DNA of 64,000 nt from Lama glama (Eukaryota): NCBI GenBank assembly GCA_028534125.1, contig CM052816.1, forward strand, positions 65,970,001 through 66,034,000, in the 5' to 3' direction. How positions within the stretch are numbered: the first letter of the stretch is position 1; the number at the start of each line of letters is the position of its first letter. Shown piece by piece: positions 37,051-50,129 of this stretch. The notes beneath the pieces are model-generated. The model worked only from the letters and a program-made list of their open reading frames with translations. It was not told where the DNA came from and ran no database searches. The translations under genes were made by a program, and so were the position numbers.

Positions 37051-39779
37051 CCAAGCCCATAAAAACCTTTTGCTGATCTGATTTTAATATCCATATCCTT
37101 CAGCTATACCAGAAAGAGTGGTTTCTGAGCAGGGGAAATGTTAGAAGGGGAACAAAAGAACATATGCACATAAAGCAAAATCTGGCAGAAAATGTGGGTT
37201 TAATAAATCGTGTTATTTGAAACGCCTATTTTCAATGGACTGGTGAGAAAGGAGCATGAGAAAGAAGCACAGGAATGGTTCTTCCTTTTCAAAGACCTGT
37301 GTCCTTCTGAAAAGGAAGAAGCGGGAAGCAGCATCCCTTCCAAAGACACAAAAGATGCTTGGGATAGAACCCTCCTCTCCCTCCCGTTTGCTCTTAAAAA
37401 ATAGGACAGGTTACACTAAGATGGGCTTCTTTGTTTAATGTGACCGAGTGAACACAGGGAGAAGGAGTTGAGCAAAGCACATTTACTGTGTACACTTAGT
37501 GTACTCATGGAGAGATAGCTAATCATCGTGAGGCCCTGTTGGTTGCAACTTCTGAAAGGACGCAGGTCAATCATCCTAGCCTGGCTTATTTTGGCTATTT
37601 TTGTTTTCTTTTCTTTTCATTTTTGTTTTGTGACAAGCAGACACTTATAAATGGAGTCCTTCCTTCCTTCTTTTCTTCCTATTAAAAGATACTAAATACC
37701 TTTTTTTTTTTAACATCAGATAAAGAAAGAATTCTGAACCTACAGTCCCAGGACCCAAGGTCCTCGGTTGTGCCTGAGGGGATCAGAGCCCTCCCTCCAG
37801 TTACAGGAGGAGCCTGCGCATGCGAAGGTCCACTGGGGGATGGGGGGGGGGATGGGAGGCAGGGGCCAGAGCCTTCTCACAGGGCTTTTGTCCACAAAAA
37901 GTTTAAAAGTCCTGACTTTGATGTTAATCCTGTCAACACGACACAAACCAAGTGTTTCCATTCTTTTCACCTTTTCTGCTCTGTTGCCTTGATTACAAGT
38001 GTTCTGACTTGTCTCCCCAAGTTGTTTCTGTTCCTGTGGGTGTGTCTGTCATCTCCCCATCCTGTCCCACCCCTCCCCTTCTGTGGTTATTTTATTCTCC
38101 GTCCAGATCATTTCCTCCAGCAGAAAAATGGCCAAAGGCTTTCTCCCTTCTTCCTACCTGCTGGTTCCTTGCGTCTCTTGCTCTTCCTTTCTCAGGCCTG
38201 GAACCCTCCCAGACCACAGTGATCGATCACCCCCCACCCCCAGCGATGTTTAGGTCCCCTTTGCACCCGGCATCCGAGCAGGAAGCCCAGAAGCCCCCGG
38301 AGTCTGGGTGTGTTTTGAAGATGTCAGGCTCAAATTCACTGAGCGCTCATTTGCAACAGGAAGTCCTAGTGAGTCTGATGAGGGAATTAGCAAATAGGGT
38401 TGGCAGTCAATTGACAGAGGAGGCTTAGGGAAAGCGATCATTTAGAAAAGGAAAGAGAATGTAATCCTTTTCAGGTGTGTTAATTTCCTTTATAGGCAGA
38501 ATTACCGTGGACTTGGGGTATTTTTCAGTCCTTCTTTTCCCTAAGGTCTGGCCTCATTTCCTAAGGAGGAGGAAGGAGAAAAGCAGGGAATTTGATTATG
38601 GACACCAGCCTAACCCTAGTTTAATGAGCCATGGAAACAAAATAGCTCAATCTCCCCTCACTGCTGTAATCCAAAACTAGAAGCATTGAGAGCACTGTGG
38701 CTCTGGTTACACGTTTGTAGTACCAGCCTTGCCCCTGCATTTGAACTGTTCGTTGACAGATCTGAAATGTGTTTGTTCTTTGTGTAGCAGATATGGATCT
38801 TTTAGAATTAATGTGGGGGGGAAAATGACCGGAAATGAAGAGATCTACAAATATATATCTACAATGTGGAAGGAACAAATAATATTTGTCATTGCTGCCT
38901 CCCATTTTTTTGGAATAGAAGAAATAAATCAACAGAGATAAATGTGAAGATCCTGTGTCCCCACCATCAGCAGCCCCACTTCCCTTCTTCCTTCTCCAGA
39001 ACAACCTCTGCCATCAATTTGGGAAATAGTCCCACATTTTCAGCTCTTTACTATAAATATTTTATTCATAAATAATATGCTTTGATTAAAAAAAAACACA
39101 TCCCTATCTTTTAGCTTAAAAGTTTTTAGCCAATGTTATGTTTGCCGGATTTTTTTTTGTCTTCTCCTTTTTCACTATAGAATTCCCACTAATTGTCTGG
39201 TTGCAGTCGATCAGCAGTAAAGTAACTGATAGGAGATGGTTACTAGAGTAACCACTTTCAAAAGGGATCTCTGATGGGGAGCCTAGTTGGGCTGTAGACT
39301 TATCAGTGAGGCAGGAGAGAAAGGAGCTTCTTGGGGTCAGGCTGAGCGGAGACTGACGAGCGGAGGGAACTAAGAGCACGGTCGAGTCAGGTGGAAATCA
39401 AACTCGCTGAGAAGCAGTTTAGGATGAGTTTGTTCTACCGCGTGCTTTTCTGGGTGACCTTGAGCAAACTGCTGCCCATGATTACCGCTCTCTACACCTC
39501 AGTGGTCCTCAAGTGTAAAATACAGCCCCGGAATCACAGAGCCAGAATGCAAGTAAGGGAACTCCTCCTCAACCTCCCTTCCCTGAGCTTATAACTCAGA
39601 AATTGAAGACCTCGAAAGGTGTTGTGATGTGTGGATACCCATCAGAGTGAAATCAGAAGCTGAGCTTGGAGTAGGAAAAGTTGTTCCTCATTGAGTCCAT
39701 TTTCTAAAAGTTGTACCTCGTCAGCAGTTTCTGAGGTCGTATGTTGACTGACTTGACAAGTTGTTCAAATACCGAAAGT

Positions 39780-39965
39780 GGTGTGGAGGCAAGACCTGTC
39801 CATTAAATAGTGCTGCCTTTTTACAGTGTACAGTGTACAGGTGAGAAAGCTGATGCTCAGAGAATTTAAGCAACACACTCAGGGGTGTGTAGCTTATCAA
39901 CGCTAGAGCCAAGATTTGGACCCAAGTCTCTCTGCCTTTTACAAACATGTTTTTAACCACTGTGC
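39780..39965 (-). mobile_element. MIR SINE
   Basis: 'tacaggtgagaaagctgatgctcagagaatttaagcaac...agagccaagatttggacccaagtct'. Confidence 0.75.
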
Positions 39966-40954
39966 TACAGTATGCTGCCTCAGGACACGCTTCTTTCACA
40001 TTGCAGTTACTTCCATACATCCCCACCAGAAGGCTTCTGATTTACTAGGACATACATATTTCCTACCTATAAGTATTAGGGGACAGAGTGTCTGGAATAG
40101 AGCCTTAGAAAGAGGGCAAAACGTGCTGGTATCAAGAACTTCAATGTCAAGAACAGGAAACTTGGCAACTCATATTTTAAATGAACTGGAGAGGTCCTGG
40201 GTTCTGGAATCAAACACTTTGATGGCAAGACAATAGTTGTAGGAACAAAGAATTAGAAGTGTTGAACAAAATTAAGAAGGAAGAGGATTTGTCCATAGCA
40301 GATTATGGAAGGGAAACAAAGATCACCTTGAAAGAGTTTTTTTTTTTTTTTTAATCAACTGAATTACCTAAGTTGGCAAAAAAAAAAAAAGGAAACATCA
40401 AAGAAGGGTTTGCTGGGAAACTATTAAACAAAGATGTGGTGGAGACAGCTTTAGGATCAGCTGCACCATTGCCTGTGGTTGAAGGTAGAAGACTGTGTGG
40501 TCTTTAGAGATGAAGCCCTGAGGCGCAGGGGATAAATAAGCTCACAGATCTGCAAATTCTTCATGTTGATTGATCTTTAGGAATCGTGAGTCATAATACT
40601 CAGTACAACAGCGCCTTAGCCCCTGGACCGAAGGAAACACCTACAAGGCTTTGGGAAATGAGAAGCTAGAAAATTGACAAAGACTGAAAACAAAACAATG
40701 AAACAAAATGAAGAATGCCATTTTTAAAATCCTAAAATGGAAGGCTGACTCAGACTTTAAAAGGCTCTTTGAATCAGTATTTTTTCTCAATTCCTTTATT
40801 TGAGTTAGAGTGATTATTGTGTAGAAGAGTCCCCCACCCCTTTTTTTTCCCAAACATGTTTTTAAATGAAGGCTTTCCACACATTGAAATTTAAAGTGGT
40901 CTTGGAGGGAGAGACTGCTTAATGGATCAGGGATTTTATTGGAACAATAGAAAT

Positions 40955-41250
40955 CTTTGGAACTAGAGGTGGTACTTGCACAACATTGGGAAAGCACTAA
41001 AAGCCACTGAACTGCTCACTTTATTTTTTTTAATTTAACACCTTTATTGTGATATGATTCCTGTACAGTAAACTACACATATTTCAGGCATACAATTTGA
41101 TAAATTTTGATAGATGTATGTACACCAAATGAACCACCACCACAATCAAGATAGCTAACATTTTCATCACTCCCCAAGAGGTACAATTTTCGACTAAGCT
41201 GCTCACTCTAAGTTTTTAAATTTTGTATTATGTGAATTTCAGCTCACCAA
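40955..41250. mobile_element. Old + strand L1 3' end interrupted by a - strand L1 3' end (41021-41192)
   Basis: Host 'gcacaacattgggaaagcactaaaagccactgaactgctcact' resumes after the insert; TSD actgaactgctcact (41006-41020) / actaagctgctcact (41193-41207). Confidence 0.75.
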
Positions 41251-42949
41251 ATTATGTTGAAAGAGAGAGAGAATTTAGCACTTAGAGTTATCAGAGTACA
41301 GCTTTATGAATTAAAGAAAAAGTGGTTTTGGCTACCATAAGCCTGTGATGTTCTTGAGAGTTTACTTTGTATCTCATTGACATTGGAACTCAAAGTGCCC
41401 GGCACATAGAGATTCATATGTGTTTGATGAATGAATGGAGGATTCTGACCAGGTCATAGCCAGTGAAGTCCCCTTTGTAGGGTGACCACTTGACTATATG
41501 TCATGGGGTATATTAAAGGAAAATAGAATACAACAAAATGAAAGTTATCCTCACCTTTTTTTTTTTTTAAGTTGGTTGGTCAAAAAATAATTAATATTTT
41601 CAGATTTTAGAGTATTGTTGGTTTGATTTTGTTTTGCGTTTTTCCCCATCAGCCTCTCTGGAACTTAGATTACAAGTAGGATTTTCTTCTGTCCTGCTTT
41701 TCTGTCTCAGGCCCTTCACATCCATTTCTCTGAGTATGAACAGTTGGAAGTGTAGTGGGATTGACATAATGACAGGATGTTCCCACCACGTCCCTCCTGG
41801 AATATGATTGAACGGCTAATGTTAAGGTGCATAGCAGAGCTCCACGATTGGAAAACAGTGTTACTGGAATGAAAGCCCCTATATTCTAAGCTTTCCTTAT
41901 TATAGTCTTCTGTTATTTTCTTCGTCATATTAGCACCATTGAAAAAGTTCAAGTTAGAGGTGAGATGGAAAAAGTAAGGACAGTCTAATGTTTTATAGAC
42001 AGAAATTCAGGCTTCATAAAATTCATCTGTATCCTCTGCTCTGATGTTAAAACCTTTCTGCCTAAATTCTGTGAAGAATTATTTCGATTCCCCAAATAAT
42101 ATACTTCTGTAGACAGAGCCCATATATTGATAACCCCTATATCCTATATAAAGGGCATAACTTTCCTTTACTCTCTTGATATTTAACATTAATTAGGGTT
42201 TTTCTAAAAACACTTTATTTTTATTTTGCTTGCCCATTATTAGGAGTCCTGGATCTATAAACTGAAGATAAGATTTTGACAATTTACAGAGAAACTCACT
42301 TTTATGAATATGGTAACATCAGCTATCTTCTCTAAAGGAGGCAGGCAGGAAATTTGAATTGAGAGTTTTGGAATATTACTACCTTTATTTGGTTCTCCAA
42401 AAAAAAAGCCTTCTAAAAAAATTTCATCCTTTCCACCTCAGTTTATACAGTTCTCATATGCTTTTCTTTACTCTCGTATCTTTTCTCCTTTCTTCCTTAA
42501 TTCCTTCACTCCCTCAAGTCCTGTGGTCTAATTTTCATTTGTAAGATATTAAGCATAGAACAATAGAACAACTGTGAAGACTTCCCAAGGATAAACAAGG
42601 TATCATTTTAATTGTGCTGCATCTACCATTGATGGTGAAGGAGAGGAGAAGGAAGACAGATAAATGTGTACAAGAAAGGATATCTAAACTAGAAGACCAA
42701 ACCATGATCCAGAGAGACAGGAGAATAATCTCGGGCACACTGGGTGGTGCATAGAAAGAAAGTAGTGCTGAGAGTACTCACTGAGATGTGAATAAACTCC
42801 TCTTTGAATTTCATGTCCTGATGGATGGTTGCTTTGTATATAAAAAACAATGTAGCAAAATCACTGAGGCTTATTCCTTAGAGTGATCAACACAGTGGAC
42901 AAGTGCCAAAGTAAACCTACCTTATACAAATTGCTTTATTCATGTATCT

Positions 42950-43330
42950 GAATTGCTTTGTTCACTATCAACAAAGATTTATTGGAGCACCTTCTATGTG
43001 CCAAGCATCTGGGACCTAGGATACACAAGGTGGAAAAGATAGGATTTAAGATTTAAGCGCCTTGCTGTATAGTGGAGAGTTGTAAAAATCACAATGCCCA
43101 CTCAGGGGAAGGAGGGCTTCAATGGGCTTGGGCCAGCCAAAGTGGGAAAGTGGCTTGTGGAAAGTTACAAACTTAAGAAATACCTGAGATGTTTGAGAAA
43201 TAGCTCCAAGGTTCTATAAGGCTGGAAGTGAAAGGGCAATGTGGAGCCCTGGAAACTGAAGCTAGAAAGGTAGAAAGATCTGCTTTTCACTATACTCTGT
43301 GCTGGGCACCATGGAGAATACAAAATATAA
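42950..43330 (-). mobile_element. L2 fragments
   Basis: 'caacaaagatttattggagcaccttctatgtgccaagca' matches the antisense L2 tail. Confidence 0.6.
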
Positions 43331-43529
43331 AGGAGATATAGCCAGTCCTTATAGAGTCTACAGTTTAATGTTTATACATGGATATATGTCCATGTTGGAA
43401 CTTAATTCCTTGGGAGGTCATGGATTACTTAGTCCTGGAAGTATTTACATTTATATCGGCTAGCTATAAATAGGGAATTGATACAATATTTTAATTGTAG
43501 TAAGAATAGTTGGATTAGAGGGTTTGTTG

Positions 43530-43742
43530 CAGTGGTATGCTGGTAAACCAATTCTCTTCTTTCCCCTGTTTCCCACCAAAAGCCAAACAAACACAACAAA
43601 ACCTGGTTAACAATGTTTGCCTATTGCCGTGGTGTAAACACTTCCACCATAGCTGATTTCAAGCTATCACTGGTTTAGCCGTCCTTTTGCAAAATTCTTG
43701 AATATTTAACAGTTGACAGCAGTCAGTCCCAGCATACCATTG
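43530..43742. mobile_element. MER63-like hAT DNA transposon
   Basis: Terminal inverted repeats CAGTGGTATGCTGG ... CCAGCATACCATTG; internal 'ggtgtaaacacttccaccatagctgatttcaagcta'. Confidence 0.75.
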
Positions 43743-46299
43743 CACCAGTAATTCTGCAATTCTTAATGTCAAATAAATAATGGAAGCAATGAATCATATA
43801 GATGCAAAGAAGAGAAAGAAGAGGAGGAGAGGAGATCTTTGAGAGCTAGATTAGTTGGGAAATGTTCCATAGAGGAAGTAAGGCTTGAGGTGGGTCTTAC
43901 AGATCAAGTATTTAAATAGAGAGGAGCAGGCACCCTAAAAGAGATGCACAGATTTTGAATCAAGGATGCAGGTGACAAGTGTGACAATCCTCTAGCAGAC
44001 GTCCAGATAGGTGAGGTTAGAAGGGATTTAGGTTGAGAAAGCCTTGGCTAAATTAGCATGTTTTGGACCTTAACCTAATGTTAGTAGACTGTCATTAATG
44101 GTTTTTGGACACAGATGGACATAGCAATATGTTGACAAAAATAATGGTTTAGAAAAATTTATCTGACAATAAGATGAATGATTGATAGCAGTGAGACCTT
44201 AGAATAGAATAATATGCCAAGGAGAGATACCTTATGTAAGTGAGAGTAATTCAACTCAGCTGCAACCTTGGACCTCTGTAACAACTCATATGTTGAGAAA
44301 TTGTATCCTGGAGGGTTGGGTAAAGCTACTGTGAAGGCAGTGAAATCATAGTGACTAAAGTGGAGAGAAAGTGAGCTCAGATGAAGGCATTGGCATACAA
44401 ACCCACTAAAGTATTTTTATTGGCATTTAGTCTTGCCGTTGTTGTTGTTAATGATGATATTGAATAATTATCAAATGTCGTTAATTATCTAGAACCAGTT
44501 GCCTAGAGCAGCCTATCATCTTGCAAAAAGTGGTCTTTCTTTGAACTTTAAAAAACTTGTTTGAAACGTGGAGACTTAGAATGGGAGGTCTACCCCAGCA
44601 GCACATCTGCAGCCCTTCTCACCCCTGCTATCTTTTCTGCCCTTTCACTTTCCACTGCCACCCCTGTGCCAACCCAGCTTTCCAGTCCTTCTCCCACCTC
44701 TTCCCTGGCTGCACAATCATGACTCAAACAGCTCTGGGTCGGTATCTCCTTTCACCAGAACTCCTGCCGCCGTGGAGTACGTGCAGAGCATCTGTCTCTC
44801 TTTGGACTCTCGTAAACTCTGAGGGTGTTTTCTGGCACACACACTGCTGTGTAGTTCAGTAACAGGGCAGTTGTGGTTTCTTTTTATTGCAGTTATGCTG
44901 ATTTTTAAAAGCGCTCAGAGTAAGAAAGAAAGGAAAGGTAGTAATATACATGTACGCAGATGCTCACTGAGCATGTTTGTACGTGTTCTAGGCAGATGTT
45001 ATTTTCAAAACCTGTCTGAGCAGGTCTAAGCTGTAGAAATTTGGTAAATCAGGGTCAGAGGGCAAAAATTTGGCTTGTGCCCTTCTCATAGAATGTCAAT
45101 TACAGATGGCATGCACATTAAAAAGAAATCTAAGGGACGAGCTGTCTGAAATTTAGTCTTTTTGTTCACTCTGATTATACAATGGGGAAGTATATGCTTA
45201 ATGCCATTTTAATTTCTTGAATATATTTGCTCAAGAAAAGTACATTATCATACAGCTTAGTACCACACATGCTGGAAACAGGTTGATAATGAATTTGGGC
45301 AAAGATGCCCATTTCGTTCCCTGAACTTTACCCATTTGTTAGCTATATAGTTACTAGTGAGGACTCCAGCGAGCATTAAGGCACTTATTCTCTGAGATAA
45401 GAAATGTGTTTATCAGTGATAATTATAAATCTGCCAGAGTACTGTGGAAGTTACATTGTTGGGGATCTAAACAAAACCAAAATCATTGCAAAGTTATTTT
45501 AAAACTGCTGCTATTTCTGTAATCATAGATTAGGGCTTGCAGAAGGTGCTGATGAAGTTGTTCCACAAACTCGCGTCCTGTAGATTCTGTAGAAGGGCAG
45601 TCACTCTTAACAAGTAAACTCAGAGTGTCCCATCAGCTTTTTCTCTAAATACACATTGTATCTCAGTAAACATGATATATACATATACTTCAATTATTGA
45701 CAGCTCTATACACTCTGTTAAGAATTCAGCTGCCCAACCCCCACAGCATCCCCTTTCTCCTGTAAGAGAGATAAGCACCGAGAAGGAGCCAACACAGTTC
45801 TCTGAGTCCCCAAAATAGATGTTCACCGCTTCACCCACTAAAGATAATGCACTTCACTAGCAAGAGAAATATATGCCCATAGTTTAGTGATGATTCATAC
45901 CTGCTTAGTTGTGTGGTTCCAAGCCATCTATAATCGGGTGAGCATATTAGAAAAGGGTGGGCAGGGAAAGCCACATCAGATAGTAGCCAAGTGACAGCTG
46001 ATGGCCTGAAAACAAAAGGAGAAAGAGAAGATCTATCAAAATCATCTTAAAAATCACAGCTGTTTGGGACTTTCTGCAAAGGGGCAGTGAGCTCAACCTG
46101 TTTTAAGAAACCCTAACAGCATTTCTGCTGGACAGCCGAGTGTAACAGTTGATGTTCAAGTTATGAATGGCACTGAGTCACCAATAAAAGGCTAAATTTA
46201 TTCTGCCCAGTCAGTATTAATTTTCTGTGCGATACTACAGAGATATTTTAATTTTATGCACTTAAAAATAAGGGGGAATACCCCAGACCTAACCCGTGT

Positions 46300-46990
46300 C
46301 CTTCTCAATACCTCCCACAGGTATTGCTCCTTCTGTCACATTCCCTCTTTGACACACTCTTCAGTGGCCTTTTCTCCTTCAGACTGGTTGAGTTCCTCCC
46401 TTCCCAAGGGAAAAACTCCCTTCTTCTTTGTTTCTGTGTCACCCCATATCTCTCTTGATTTTCTCACACAAACTTCTAGAAAGAGTTCATACTCACTACC
46501 TCCATTTTCTTTCCTTCTCGTTTATTCCTCCACCAAGCTATTGAAAATATGGTTCCTCTGGTCTCACTGTCAAATCAAATACTCTTCAGCTCATTCCTTA
46601 CTAAGTTACTCTGACAGCTGTCCATCTGTCCTCCTGGCGTGAGGCCATACTTTCTTTCTGTATCCCTCCTCCGCTCTTCTTCCTTCACCCTTCCTTTGAC
46701 CTTGGTGTTCCCATTATCCCATCCTCAGCCCCCAGTTCTCCCCACTCTTCATGTTCTCCAGGATCCACTCACGCATTCTTGTTATTGTAGCCACCACCTC
46801 TATGCTGATAGCTCCTAAATTCATATCCAGGTCTATCTTAGCCTCTCCCGTGAAGCTTGAAAACCCAACTGTTTATTGGAAATTCCCACCTGAATGTCTC
46901 ACAGGCTTATCGGAGTCTTCATATCCAAAATCAAATTTAGCTTTCCCCCTAAATTTGTTCCTCTTTATGTATCTCAGTTGGGAACACTAC
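46300..46990 (+). mobile_element. L2 internal fragment
   Basis: 'tatgctgatagctcctaaattcatatcc...cctgaatgtctcacaggc...atatccaaaatcaaa' is a decayed L2 RT (YADD-like) region. Confidence 0.6.
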
Positions 46991-47244
46991 TAAGTCATCT
47001 GAGCACTTTATTCATGGTTAGAAAATAAAACAAAAATGACTCACAAAAGATACTAAAACTCTACAAATCTAGCCATGCAGAGATAACCACTGTTAGTCTT
47101 TGCTTTATAGCCTTCCAAATGGCTGTGCATTTATATGTATTTTTTAATGAGATCATAATATTTGACCATTTACCACTGCAACAGTTTTTTTTTCATTTAA
47201 CAAAAAATCTCGAATATTCTTCTGCTTCAAAATGTCCTTCTTCA

Positions 47245-47382
47245 GGGGGAAGTGTATAGCTCAAGTGGTAGAGCGCACACTTAGCACTCGAGAGGTCCCG
47301 GGTTCAACCCCCAGTACTTCCTCCAAGCAGAAATCAGTGAAGAAACCTAATTACCTCCCCCTCATAAAACAAACAATACAAG
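47245..47382 (+). mobile_element. tRNA-Ala-derived SINE (camelid vic-1 type)
   Basis: A box TAGCTCAAGTGG, B box GGTTCAACCCC, A-rich tail; TSD caaaatgtccttcttca (47228-47244) / caaaatatacttcttca (47383-47399). Confidence 0.88.
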
Positions 47383-47629
47383 CAAAATATACTTCTTCAA
47401 AATTATTCTTGGAGTTGTTCAGTGTTCACGTTCTAGCCCAGTGGTATTAATCAACAGTGTTGAGCATTTATACCATCTTTGTCAATTTTCCTTCAGAAAT
47501 AAACAACTGAAAGTGAAAAAGAGAAAAGACATACAACTTCAGATATGAAAATAAGCTCCTGGGAAGGGCAGAGATAATTCCTTGGTGTGTGTTAGTGGCA
47601 ATAAGATGAGCCTAATTGCACTTAGTAAG

Positions 47630-47850
47630 TAATGCCATTAACTGAGTGCTTGCTGTGTCCCTCAGTGTTCAAAGGACTTTGCATAATCCTGACTGTAACT
47701 CTGTGAGGTTGGGTAAATTATTGTTCTTGTTTTATAGTTGTGAAAACTGAGACACAGAGAGGTTAAATAACTAGCCCAGAGTCACATGGGTAATATAAAA
47801 TAGAGTCAGGAGTTGACCTTGAGCTGTCTGTTCCAAAGATCAGTCTCCTT
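47630..47850 (-). mobile_element. MIR SINE
   Basis: 'gaaaactgagacacagagaggttaaataactagcccagagtcaca'. Confidence 0.85.
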
Positions 47851-48349
47851 TCGTTGTACTAGGGCATCCTTTCTACTAAAGTGTACCACTTAGCATTCAA
47901 ATTTCTTAGAATAAAACCAATAAATAATATAGTTAGCTGTGTTCTAAAAACCTTCAATGGATAATGGATAGAGAAACAAAAAATACACCACTTCTATGAG
48001 ATAGTAATGAATGTTTCATTCATATCAGTGGTTGTTCTGGTTAGTTTTTGGTAATATGGTAGGCAAAAGAATATACCAGCAACTTAACAATGGAACCCTA
48101 ATTTCAGGTTTAACATTGTTTTCTAAGTAGAATCTGTATGGAAGTATTGCTACATTTTCCAAACTATGATCAAAAATTGTAAATTAGTCAAATCTGCTAG
48201 TATCAGGAACTAAATTTTTAGGAGGTGAGTGATCAATCTCACTTCCTCATTCTGTCATTTATGTTCTGTTTGCTGGTGAGGATGCATTGAGTCTGTTGTA
48301 TCTCCAAGTATAGTGTCTGGCATTTGTAAATGTACATGGAAGGATGGCT

Positions 48350-48440
48350 AGGGAAAGGAATAAAAGAAGGGTGGAGGGAAGGAAGGAGGGTGGAGGGAAG
48401 GAAGGAAGGAAGGAAGAAAGGAAGGAAGGAAGGAAGGGAA
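48350..48440. repeat. (GGAA)n-like polypurine tract
   Basis: ggaaggaaggaaggaagaaaggaaggaaggaaggaaggg. Confidence 0.9.
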
Positions 48441-48539
48441 TTCCAGAGTCCCCAGCCTCCTCCCAGTTTGCTCTAATCATAGCTTTCCCATCTCTCTTGC
48501 TCAGACCACAGTTAGGGGATATCCTTGTGAGTCCTTTTG

Positions 48540-49310
48540 CTGTCACATCTCATTTCTGATCCATCAGAGGTCCTGAGGCCCCTACTGTCAAACTCTACCC
48601 AGAGCCCAAGTCCTCCTCACCACCTCCATAGTTAACTTCCCTATTGCCAGCTGCCACCTTCTCTGGCTGGGATGACTGCAATGGCATCTGCATGGGTCAC
48701 TCTGCTTCTTCCCTTGCTGCATTACAGGCTGTTCTAAAGGCAGCAGCCCACGTAGATCATGTCAGTCCTCTCCTCACAACCTTGCAATGGTCCCCTATTC
48801 CTCTCAAAGTGCTTACTATGGCCTACAGCGTCCAGCCTGACTTAGTACCTGGTTCATCTCTGGTCTTCTTCCCCATCCTTCTCTGCCTCATTCACTTGGC
48901 TCCAGCCACACCAGCCTCCTTGCTGATTTTCAAGCACCCAAAGCACACGTCCATCTTAAGACCTTGGTGCTGCATGGAATGCTCTTCCCTCAATAACTTC
49001 AGGCCAGTTCCCTAATATTCCTCAAGTTTTTGTTCGTGTATCATCTTCTCCATGAGGCCAGCCATGACCATTTTTTCCTATTTTTCCTATTTTTTATCTG
49101 CATCCTGAATTTCCCCTATTCCCAGTCCCTGCTCTACTATTTGTATGTTTATCTGCACACCATATGTCTTTCTTTCTAACATATAAGTTACTGTTAGACT
49201 GTGAGCTCCTTGAGGTCAGGGATCTATGCCTATTTTGTTCACTGGTACAGACATACATAGAACAGTGCTTTGACCATGGGACGTGCTCAGAGCATCCTTG
49301 AATAAATGCA
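48540..49310 (+). mobile_element. L2 (L2a/b-like) 3' region
   Basis: 'ctccagccacaccagcctccttgctg...tagactgtgagctccttgaggtcagggat...ttttgttcactg...tgaataaatg' is a canonical L2 3' end. Confidence 0.85.
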
Positions 49311-50129
49311 TAATCACCCTACTCAATGTGTCTTACAGAGATGATTTGGCTCCATTGGTTCCCCACCAAAAGCATTGTTCTTATTGCCAAGTCTACCTCC
49401 CAGTCAAGAGTTTCACTAGGAGATCAGGCAGGTTGAGGGCATCAGCCCTTTGGTCCCTGGAAGCTGTGATCTTGGTCTCTGGCTGCCCAATTCCCTCTGG
49501 ATATAGGATAGAAAAATGTAGGTAAAGAACACATTCAAATACCCCACACTTAATAAATATTTTAAAAGAAAGGAGGGCATGTTTTGCAAAATGATGTTTT
49601 AGTACTGATTGATGTTTATGTAAATGGCCAGTCCCGCATTAGGGCACTTCCACAGTAGGAGACACCCCGGGGGGACCGCCATCACCCCAAGAGTCTATCC
49701 AAAGTAGCTTTCTATTATCACCTTATGAAAATACAGGAAGTTCCCCGAGGATAAGCCCGCGTTTTACTGACCGTCTGTCTAGTTCCAGTCTTGTTCTGGC
49801 AGTCATAGGTCAGAAGGAGCCAAACTGGAATCAAATTAAAAATATGCAGGAACCCTCCCCTGTGAGCCACAGAAAAGCCAGAAGGAGGAGAGATGGGATT
49901 ATGGGCAGAGGGCTGAGCTAGTTCTTTCTGGTTTGGGTGAAGCACTGGAGAACCCAGAGGAGAAAACTTCAAAGTCCAAGAAACGTGTGTAGATCATCAA
50001 AGCATAGAGAGAGGTCCTTTGTCTTCCCTTCTCCATTTAAAGAAAACAAACTTCACAAGCTGGAGTTTGGAAATGAGTGCACGTTTGGACAGTCCTCCGT
50101 GCATAGACGTCAGTAAGAGGCAATGTCCT

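Noticed and set aside
41931..41941. TAGCACCATT, miR-29-like 5' end
   Set aside because: Remainder does not match miR-29a/b/c and no hairpin is evident
47245..47326. Functional tRNA gene
   Set aside because: Substitutions in stems, SINE-specific 3' segment, A-rich tail and TSD indicate a retroposed SINE
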